IMG/VR virus record: IMGVR_UViG_3300043673_000021
Span: 1-64,000 of that record
Direction: 5' to 3' (one strand)
Length of the DNA stretch: 64,000 bases
DNA from: a virus
The first letter of the stretch is position 1; each line of letters opens with the position of its first letter. Shown here one piece after another: positions 55,992 through 64,000 of this stretch. The notes under the pieces are model-generated. The model had not been told where the DNA came from. It saw only the letters and a program-made list of their open reading frames with translations, and ran no database searches. The position numbers and the translations under genes were made by a program.

Positions 55992-58900
55992 TTGTTCCTT
56001 GCCTCCGCCTGTGCCTTCCGTAACTTCGCCGGGTGACTGAACCTGCTTCGCTCTTCCGGTTGCGCCAGTATCTCCGCGATACGTTCGCGGCTCAGGAGTG
56101 CTCTCGGCGTGTCAACCGCTCGCTTGCACAATTCATTGAGTTCTTGCCAGTCCGAGATGTCATACCCCACCGCGCGGGACTGCGGAACCTCTGCCGCCTG
56201 AATGTACGCGCTCGTGCCACCGGGGGTGGTTTGTTTGTTGCGGGTGATCATGCCTTCCGTCCTTCCTGCCGCTCTTGCGCCTCGGATATCGCGCGCCGGA
56301 TCTTCCCAAGGTTCTCCGTGTAAGGAGCGCGGTCCTTGTCCAGTCGAACCTTCGACCATTCGCCCGTCACGAATCCTTGGATCACATCCCAATCGCCGGA
56401 CTCCAGCGTTACCGTCACCGGCGTCGCCATTCGATCAAGCGTTGGCTTGCTCACTTGGCCTCCATCATTCGTTCGAGCGCGGCAATCTCCGCATCAGTGA
56501 CGATCTGCCATTGCTCGGGGTATTTGTCCAGAAGTCTCAGCGCCGTATCCCAGTAGACGAACTTAGATTGGTCGTATTCGTTACCCGTGATGAACGGGAT
56601 GTCGATAATCTCGAACTTCCGACCGCCAGGGAGCCCGACGTGGGTTCCGGGGGCTGTCAGCGCCTCATCTCTCGTTCCGGCGATACAGACTAGCCAGGAT
56701 TTGCTCATATGTCGTTCACCGCTTGTATTCCTGGATGTATGTCCCGCAAACGCCGCACGACACATACCAAGGATTACCTTGCGTTCGGAATGTGTTACCT
56801 TGCGTTCGGAATGTGTAGGTTACGCCCTCGCCACATTTGGGACAGGGCAATAGGCCCGAACTTACATCCGATGACTTACGCGCGCCAAAGGAAAGCCAGT
56901 CCAGCAAACAAGGGTCTTCTTTGTCCTTGCCAAAATGAAACCCAGCCAGAGCGAAGTGTGTCCTGATGCCACGCTCTGGCTTACCTCCTCTGTCATACCA
57001 GTAGGCTATGTCCGCGCACGTTTCCGCAGTTTGACGTACCACGGTTTTTGTCCACTGTTCCACGTCGGCAGAATCACTGACCTTTAGCCGATCGATCTCC
57101 TCGATCAGTTCAAGTACGGCTTTACCGAATCCCTCGGCAATACAGTCCTGCCCTAATAGCTTGAGTTGCGCTATGCGTTCTTTTGTCATTGCGGACCCCT
57201 TCGCATCCTATTGATCGCGGCGACGGCCTTCATGTTCACGCCCTTATCGCTGGGCACGCATTCGGAAAGCTCGACCTTTGCAACCGCGAATCTTCTATTC
57301 GGCTTGCCAAGCGCCATCGCCTGAATAAGGTATGCGGCCTTGTTCGCGCCCTCCGCACTATCGTGGGAGCCGTCGATCAGCGTCGGGTTATCGTACTGAT
57401 CAAGTTCAGCGAGCCAGTATTGAGGCGTTCTCATGAGAAATGCGCCCCCTCTCCTTCATCGAAAGCGAATACGCAGTGACCACCGCGATAGATCGACGGG
57501 TTTTGCTTGGTGATGATACGGATCGCCCTCTCTCTTGTTTGGCAACTGCCATCGGTTGTGCCAATCTCGGCGAGTAGTTGTTCGCGTGCAGCGGCGACGG
57601 ACTCAGCGTGTGCCGCCGCAAGGAAGGTGTGATGATCGCCCCATGTATAGAGGTTCATTTCTCCTCCAAGTTCCGCGCGGCAAATAGCCACTCCGGAGCA
57701 CCACTGAATTGATGCATACCTTCGCGTAACCACCATTCGACGGAGCGAGCGAGGATCGCGCGGAGTTTGGCTATCTCGGCATCACGCTCGGCCAATGCGC
57801 GTTTACCTTCGTGCAGGCAATCCTCATAGTTAGCCAACCGCCATTGAAGGACGTTTAGGTTATCGGATGTCCCGCACTGTTCGCCAGTTAACGCGATGAG
57901 TCTAACCTGAATATCAGACAAGTTATTCTGCGCTTCATTCCAGTGATGTCGCGCCAATTCTAAAGGCGTCATAGATAACTGTCCTCATTTTTGCCGTCCT
58001 TATTGCACACCCGACACGGCGTTGGCGGGTCTCCGTGAATGCACTCATCTTGACCGTGACAAAGATCATCGATACATGTGACCATCCAGCCTCTGCCGCC
58101 GCAATTCCAGCAACCGCGACTCTCGAAATCCTCCCACTCTTCGCGGGTCGGCTGCTCATCGTCTAGGGGGTTTAATTCAAAGCCCATTCGTGCCCTCCTT
58201 CGGAATCACCATCGAAATCGACTCCCGCATCCTCAACTTCACAACCTCCGCCGTCAGCCGTTGAAGTTGGAGACTGCGCACCTGCTCAAAGCTGCCCAGC
58301 ATGCTGAGGATGTCGTGCTGGAGGGTTGCGTTCGCCGCGCGTAGGTCGGTGACATCGCCCTCAAGAACATCAGCCGCGTATTCGAGGGAGCGCTGATAGA
58401 GCATGTGGGCGAGTGCGTAGAGTGTGGCGTCGTTCATGGCGATGCGGGCTAGGCCTTCGTTTTGATCTTTGATATTCATGGCTTGAGCACCTCTACCTTC
58501 ACCCACTCACCCGGCGCGAAGCATTGTGACAGTCTCGATTCATCGCCAGTGAAGAAGTAGAGCTTTGATCTGTCGCTGAAACAAAGCGCTCCCGCTCGTG
58601 TGATCTGATAGTTTTCCAGCGCTTTCGCGCGAGCCTTACTGCCATCTTTGAGGGTTACTTCGTATATCTGGAATTTCTCATTCACCCGCGAATGCCATGA
58701 AGAAAACATTCCGCAGAGGCAGAACAAAACAAGCCCGGCAGTCGGCATCACGACCATTAACCAAACCTCGCGGCTCATCGTTTCCACCTCGAACTCAGCT
58801 TCGGGTCGAACCTCGGCTTCACCTCGGGCAGGTCGGTCTTACCGGGCTCAACCCTTAGCCAGCACTGGCCATAGTCTGCTGTCCTGCCGTTAGCCCATCT

Positions 58901-59017
58901 AACGAACGCGGTATGTGCACAGACAGAAAGAACCGTGCCAATCTGCTTTTGGTTAAAGATGTCTACTCCTTTGTCAATCGCGTCTTCATTTAGGCGCACC
59001 TGTGATCCGCGCGTCAT
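55988..59017 (-). CDS. Run of roughly a dozen small coupled hypothetical ORFs (early accessory genes)
   Basis: ATGA/GTGA overlaps and GGAG RBSs throughout. Confidence 0.5.
56774..56815. repeat. Perfect 2 x 21-bp tandem repeat inside ORF 56716..57189 (TFRTQGN x2)
   Basis: ttaccttgcgttcggaatgtg occurs twice. Confidence 0.9.
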
Positions 59018-59586
59018 GCGACTGTTTCCTCCCTCTCAAACATTGACCCCTCCCGAATACTCGCTACCTTTTCCGGCCATGTAACCGGCATGCCTGTGGC
59101 GGTCTGGTTAATTGCTTCCCATCGGCGCTTGTCTTGTTTGTAAATCGCCTGTTCTCTACGAAGCAAATCATCCTGCTTGCCCCAATTGGCGGCATTGTGG
59201 CCCTTGACCGTTGCCGCGAGTGCCCACCCCGCTCCTCGTAAACTTGCGCCGGACTCTTCAGTGAGCGTGTAAGTTAGAATCTTCCGGCCGCCCATCTCGA
59301 ACCAGATACGACGGCAAGCTCCATAGAGAAGGGAATTGCAATTCCGTGGCGCTTCGGGTAGAACACAGGCGCGGAGAACTTCAGCCGTAAAGCCATCCAT
59401 TAACGTCGCTGAAAGAGGATTGCCGACGATGGCAACACCTACTATCTGCGGACCGAGCGCAACAGCGATTGCAAACTTTCCACCGTCTCGCGACGTGCGC
59501 AGGTTATGACGATGGAAGATCTCCACGAAGTCATTTGCCTTGCGCAACGTGCACGGAACGACGCGAAGTTTGTCCGCTGGAACCAT
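59014..59586 (-). CDS. XF1762-family protein (GNAT/Mom-like fold by inference)
   Basis: 'AN.FV..FHRH...GVAIVG.P....DG.TAEV.R.C......N..S.LYGA......MG..KI.TYTL..ESGASLRGAGW'. Confidence 0.75.
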   Translation of the reverse strand: MVPADKLRVVPCTLRKANDFVEIFHRHNLRTSRDGGKFAIAVALGPQIVGVAIVGNPLSATLMDGFTAEVLRACVLPEAPRNCNSLLYGACRRIWFEMGGRKILTYTLTEESGASLRGAGWALAATVKGHNAANWGKQDDLLRREQAIYKQDKRRWEAINQTATGMPVTWPEKVASIREGSMFEREETVA

Positions 59587-59825
59587 CAGCGGGTCGCCTC
59601 CCCAAACAAACTCGCCTGCCCAACCGGCGCTACCTCGCCGCCCAACTCGCGCCGCCATTCGTCCAGTGACACCGTCGTGTGGCCGAAGTCCGTACCGTTG
59701 ATCGAGGTGCGATAGCGGACGGACTGCGCATCGACGGCAACCACGGTTCGCTGGTAGACTCCGGGCTTCGGGCGCAGTTCGAGGATGTCGCCGGGGGATG
59801 GATTGCTGGCTATGGAACGGGTCAT
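59586..59825 (-). CDS. Small SH3-like hypothetical protein
   Basis: Paralogous to 46264..46494. Confidence 0.55.
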   Translation of the reverse strand: MTRSIASNPSPGDILELRPKPGVYQRTVVAVDAQSVRYRTSINGTDFGHTTVSLDEWRRELGGEVAPVGQASLFGEATR

Positions 59826-62374
59826 GCTGCTGGCTCCTCTTCGGTAGCAATCAGGTCAAATAGCGTCGGCATACTCACCTTCTGTTCGGCGGCTTTGCAG
59901 TAAGCCACGCCATCTTTCCAGTACTGCGGGCTAAGTTCGATTCCGTAACCGCGGCGGCCTTTGAGAATCGCTCGGTAGGGAACGGAGCCAATGCCCGCGA
60001 AGGGGTCCAACACTAAGTCTCCAGGGTTGGAGTATCGGCCAATCAGCCGGTCGATGATATCTAGCTGCAGAGGGCAGACATGGAACTCCTGCCGCTTTCT
60101 AGACTGCTCCATATTGAGCGTCCGTGCCCGCATCACGTCATCCCACATCCATGGCGATTTGACGACAGGCGGCAGAAGCATGAAACTCGCAGGCAAGAGG
60201 CCCTTGTCCTCGAGGGATTGAGCGACGCCGACATGCTGCTCGTAGTCGTATACGTGCGATGCAGAGTACGATTTCCAGAGCTTAGCCAGCGACTCAGAAG
60301 TCATCTCCTGGATTTCTTCCGGAGAGAGGAACCGGTCACCACGGCTACGCCAGAAGCTTGAGGCATCGAACTGCCAGCGTGACCTAGTGTAGTCGTCCTT
60401 CGACTTCACTACTGGAATATCGGCGTAGGCGTTCTTTGTGTCGGTCGGCAGCTTGCGGAATAGCAGAACGTATTCCGGAGAGCCGACGCCCATCTTGGTT
60501 CCGTCCTTGGAGTTCTCGGTCCATCCAAGGCGATAGGTTTGCCCGTTTTCGCGCACCACATCGGTGTCGATCGATATGCGCCCGCAATAACGGAAGCCGT
60601 GCTTCTTGAAGGCGGCGACGCACTTATCGCTGAATTCGTTGACGGTATACATACCGTCGCCACTGACCGACCCGTAAACCAAGCGGTCTTTCGCGTGAAC
60701 GCAACACATCCGGCCCGGCTGCAGGATCCGGAGAAGTTCAGGCGTCAGGAATTCCATCTGCGTGAAGAACCCCTCATCGCCGTCGTTATGGCCGAAGTCG
60801 TTGTACAGTTCCGTGTATTCGTAATGGTCGGAAAACGGCACCGAAGTTACGATTAGATCAACCGAGTTATCAGGCAAATCAAAGCATTCGAAAACGTTGT
60901 CGCGATTGACCGCAGTGAAGAGGTCGCCAGTCTCCGCGCGCCGCTCAAGACTAATCTGTCGGCACATCTCCTCTACCGCGCCGCCGGGGTTTAGCCCGAA
61001 CTCAGCTAGGACGCCTGCCATCTTGGCGCGGAGAACAATGTCTTGTTCCCACTTCCGCATTAGGTCATCGTGGATACTGTCTTCAGACTCCGTGTAGATG
61101 AGGTGGATCTCAACTTCGTGAGTCTGGAGGAAGCGTTGTATTCTCGCGATGGCTTGATAGAAATCGTTGAACTTCCAGCCGATTCCTAAGAAGATTGCCG
61201 AATAGCAATGCCTTTGTAGGTTGCACCCACTTCCAGACAATCGGGGTTTCGTGCCGAAGATCCGAATCCTGCCTTCAGAGAAATCCTTCACTCGTTTCTC
61301 GCGGATTTCAAGATCTTGCGATCCCCAGATGCTTACGATTTCCGGTATGGCCTTGTCTAGCGCCTCGCGCTCGGCTTCGAGGTCATGCCATACCAGCCAA
61401 TTACGATCTGGCCCGCCGTCTTCGATGATCTTCCGCGCGACGGCAACACGATCCTGCAGGCTGTCTCTTTTCTCCCTGCACGCATCCGGCAGACTCAACG
61501 CCGCATCGCGGATCAGCTTCCCTTGTCCCCATGAATCGTAACCCGCCGTCGAATGGTCGACAGGTATACGGTGTCGAATGATCTTGAGCGGCTGGAGATC
61601 ATATCCCGCGTCGCTATGGCCAAGCTCCGATGGCTTGTTAAGGAATACGGCCCAAGTGTTCAGCCATAGGTAGAACTCGCGCGCCTTGTGCGGATGAAGC
61701 TGTAGGTTCCCGGCTTCCTCAGAGTCGCGTTTGAAAAACCTCGTGAGCGCTTGGCCGCTATCCATTACTCCCAGAAAAGCCGCGTAGTGAATCAGTTCCT
61801 TGAAACGATTAGGCGACGGCGTTGCAGTGGCAACGAACTTGAACTGTACCTTGTCAAATAGAGTTAGGAATGTCTGATAGGTTTTGGAGCCGAACGATCT
61901 GAGGATCGAAGCTTCGTCCAAGGAAACGACCGTGAATAGGTTGGGGTCAAGCTGCCCGTCACGGACCCGCTCGTAATTCGTCAGGAAATAGCGATGGCCT
62001 TGCGCGTAGAATTCGGCCCATTCCTGATCGGTGCGAACGTAGACGTAATCGATGCCGAAGAACTCCCGCGCGTCACGGACGAATTCAGCTTTGACCCCGA
62101 GAGGGCAAACGATCAGTCCGGAGCCACCAGGGTTAGCCCCCAGAATGACATGCTGAATCTGGATCTGGATCAGACTCTTGCCGAGTCCGAAAGCCGCGAA
62201 GATCGCCCGGTTACCGCCCCGGATCGCCCACGCTGCGATATCGCGCTGGTGGGGGAATAGCCGTGGGTTCAGTTCGAAGTCACCCACTAATCCTCGGTCG
62301 ACGGCCGTCACGGCCTTAGATCGGAGGAACTTCAGGTACAGCGCTAGGCGTTCGTTTGTTGCTTCTGTCGTCAC
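59822..62374 (-). CDS. SNF2-like helicase fused to a beta-class N4/N6 DNA methyltransferase
   Basis: 'GLGKS', 'LDEAS', 'TATPSPN', 'G.NLQ'; MTase motifs 'TSVPF', 'HVCPLQ', 'DPFAGIGS'. Confidence 0.88.
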   Translation of the reverse strand: MTTEATNERLALYLKFLRSKAVTAVDRGLVGDFELNPRLFPHQRDIAAWAIRGGNRAIFAAFGLGKSLIQIQIQHVILGANPGGSGLIVCPLGVKAEFVRDAREFFGIDYVYVRTDQEWAEFYAQGHRYFLTNYERVRDGQLDPNLFTVVSLDEASILRSFGSKTYQTFLTLFDKVQFKFVATATPSPNRFKELIHYAAFLGVMDSGQALTRFFKRDSEEAGNLQLHPHKAREFYLWLNTWAVFLNKPSELGHSDAGYDLQPLKIIRHRIPVDHSTAGYDSWGQGKLIRDAALSLPDACREKRDSLQDRVAVARKIIEDGGPDRNWLVWHDLEAEREALDKAIPEIVSIWGSQDLEIREKRVKDFSEGRIRIFGTKPRLSGSGCNLQRHCYSAIFLGIGWKFNDFYQAIARIQRFLQTHEVEIHLIYTESEDSIHDDLMRKWEQDIVLRAKMAGVLAEFGLNPGGAVEEMCRQISLERRAETGDLFTAVNRDNVFECFDLPDNSVDLIVTSVPFSDHYEYTELYNDFGHNDGDEGFFTQMEFLTPELLRILQPGRMCCVHAKDRLVYGSVSGDGMYTVNEFSDKCVAAFKKHGFRYCGRISIDTDVVRENGQTYRLGWTENSKDGTKMGVGSPEYVLLFRKLPTDTKNAYADIPVVKSKDDYTRSRWQFDASSFWRSRGDRFLSPEEIQEMTSESLAKLWKSYSASHVYDYEQHVGVAQSLEDKGLLPASFMLLPPVVKSPWMWDDVMRARTLNMEQSRKRQEFHVCPLQLDIIDRLIGRYSNPGDLVLDPFAGIGSVPYRAILKGRRGYGIELSPQYWKDGVAYCKAAEQKVSMPTLFDLIATEEEPAA

Positions 62375-62597
62375 TACTTAATCCCCCTGATCGCGCGGTA
62401 CCGCTCAAACCAAACATCGGCCTTGGCGTGGTTACTCGACTCGGCCTCCGCCAACTGGAGGCAGACCTTGCCGACCCACATGATGAGAAACTCCCAGCCC
62501 CACTCGGCGATCACCTTGCGGATTGCGGCTGCTGCGAAGTCGCCCGCGCATGCGCTTTGGTACTTACCGTTCTCGCCGCGGACCTTGATTTGGACGG

Positions 62598-62894
62598 TCA
62601 TTTGTCTCTCCTCCATGCCTTAACGAACGATGGGACGTCCTGCACGTTCTCAATCAAACTCCATTGCCCGCGCCACATCTTCTGAAACTTCATTTCGTCC
62701 GGCGTAAGCTTTCGCTTGCATGGATCTTGATTAGGGTTCTTGACCTCAACGAGATAGTTGCTGAGGTCGCAACCGATCAAAAGATCCGGACATCCTTTGC
62801 CCATTGCGGCCAGTGATAGCACTGTGCATCCCAACGCCTCGAAGGCCGTCACGATATCTGGATGGTTGTCGTCTACTCGCGCTGCTCGTCGCAT
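62598..62894 (-). CDS. VRR-NUC / PD-(D/E)xK nuclease
   Basis: 'RVD.NH..IV..F...G...G.PDLL.......VEVK'. Confidence 0.8.
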   Translation of the reverse strand: MRRAARVDDNHPDIVTAFEALGCTVLSLAAMGKGCPDLLIGCDLSNYLVEVKNPNQDPCKRKLTPDEMKFQKMWRGQWSLIENVQDVPSFVKAWRRDK

Positions 62895-62971
62895 TCAAGA
62901 TCCTCAGGTTTACAGCTCCAAAACTATTAAACAAGAGCCGAGTTGTCCCGGCCCTGTCCTTGCCTTCCGTC

Positions 62972-63883
62972 TTAGATGGACCCCAAGAGAACATCCAGCC
63001 CGAGATTCTCGCCGATGGCCGATGCCGCCAACTTGAACGCATCCGAGAGCAATTCTGCGGGACGATACAGCTTGTAGATGAAGCGCAACTTTCCGCCATT
63101 CACGCGAAACCGAAGGCGAGCCTCAATTGACACCGGCTTCTCGCCGAAGAACACCGGAATGAGGATCGTGAACGCATCCGGTATCTCCATGTCGCCAGCT
63201 TGCCCAACGCCAGCCGTGACGACCTCCTGGTAAGCGAACTTAACAGCGCCACTCTTCGGCGTTACCTTGGAGGCAAAGTTCATTTCAACGGTTGCGGTCA
63301 GGTCACGCGCAACCTCCAGCATTGTGGCTGGCGAGGGGGTAGAAATGTCCCTGAAATTATCCTCGATAAATTCGGCAAACTCTGCTTGCTGAATCTCCTT
63401 CTCGTTCTTTGCCATCCAGAGGTTCCACTGTTCTGATGTGCGCAAGATAAGCGTAGCCTGATGGTCAAGAAACTCTGCGCCCGCTACCGTGTAGGTCGCC
63501 TCAGAGGTGACCCAAGTAGCCCCTGCGGTTTCCGGTTCTGCAGCGGGGAGTGCCTTCGGCGCGTCGTTTGCGCAGTGGTAGTCCAGCACGGCGCGAAAAC
63601 TCATTGCCTTCGGATCGGCGAAGACTCGGGTCCGGCTGTCCTGGTACAACTTGATGTACTTGCAGAAGCTGTCCGCATCCGTCAGCCCCACTGCCGCTTT
63701 GATGTGCTCCGGCTTGCGCTTCGGGAGCCCGTAGGGATACTTCTCATTCAGCAACGAAACCATCCTGGAATCGTTGGGCACAATCGCGAACGGGATCTCC
63801 GTAGCGTCAGTGATGGGCTTTCCCAGCTTTTGGCCGAGGGATACCGCCTCAGTCAAAAAAGCCGCGTTCTTATCGTCTGCCAT
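62972..63883 (-). CDS. DUF2303 (YfdQ-like) protein
   Basis: 'SF..Y.......VF......A.LDYH...W.....Q.EFAEFIEDN...IP.F.G......ARLRFR'. Confidence 0.85.
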   Translation of the reverse strand: MADDKNAAFLTEAVSLGQKLGKPITDATEIPFAIVPNDSRMVSLLNEKYPYGLPKRKPEHIKAAVGLTDADSFCKYIKLYQDSRTRVFADPKAMSFRAVLDYHCANDAPKALPAAEPETAGATWVTSEATYTVAGAEFLDHQATLILRTSEQWNLWMAKNEKEIQQAEFAEFIEDNFRDISTPSPATMLEVARDLTATVEMNFASKVTPKSGAVKFAYQEVVTAGVGQAGDMEIPDAFTILIPVFFGEKPVSIEARLRFRVNGGKLRFIYKLYRPAELLSDAFKLAASAIGENLGLDVLLGSI

Positions 63884-64000
63884 TAGTTTCTTTCTCCTTC
63901 TCGAAATCGAGTTGCTCTTGATTGGGGTCGTCGCGCGTCAGATGGTTGTCTTCCGACACGAAGAAAATGCTGGAACCCTGCGACGGTTGCGGCTCCTTGA
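63870..64000 (-). CDS. C-terminal part of the DUF2303 partner (YfdP-like), truncated by the window edge
   Basis: 'SIFFVSEDNHLTRDDPNQEQL' read by hand. Confidence 0.65.
   Translation of the reverse strand, partial: KEPQPSQGSSIFFVSEDNHLTRDDPNQEQLDFEKEKETNGRR

Noticed and set aside
44518-59825. Recurrent GAGGTG.GCG(C/T)(A/G)TGA motif at gene junctions as a repeat element
   Set aside because: Explained by a Shine-Dalgarno sequence plus overlapping stop/start translational coupling.
1-64000. Genome-wide TAG reassignment (alternative genetic code)
   Set aside because: Long genes are intact under code 11, and several TAG stops are followed immediately by the next gene's ATG; only the capsid case looks like local readthrough.

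Overview
This 64-kb window is part of a tailed dsDNA phage or prophage genome with siphovirus-like organisation; no host chromosomal genes are visible and ORFs run off both ends. Reading the minus strand from right to left, 64000-44518 is an early/replication block: DUF2303 and its partner, a VRR-NUC-like nuclease, an SNF2-helicase/DNA-methyltransferase fusion, an XF1762-like protein, ParB-like, HD-like and DUF4326 proteins, an HNH, a replication initiator and loader, a Pol-beta-type nucleotidyltransferase and many small Zn-finger ORFs. A short plus-strand block (39323-44521) holds a serine recombinase, two strong sigma70-type promoters sharing a spacer motif, DUF932 and a RuvA-C-like protein. 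From about 37400 leftward is the late operon: regulators, TerS, TerL, a portal-MuF fusion, a prohead protease with an embedded 2H phosphoesterase (Acb1-like), a His-rich scaffold, major capsid, head-tail genes, tail tube, G/GT chaperone frameshift, tape measure, an HNH, a GTA-type baseplate, a central tip protein, a beta-helix tail spike and a lysis region with a GH73 endolysin. Past the lysis genes lies a run of genes with Sec signal peptides. The most notable observations are: secreted beta-rich proteins inside the late operon; an Acb1-like domain inside the head protease; a start-less Zn-ribbon ORF in frame directly after the capsid TAG (candidate readthrough); three paralogous Zn-finger scaffolds with variable inserts; and a stand-alone IS630-type DNA-binding region. 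Family names come from motif recognition by eye; no searches were run.
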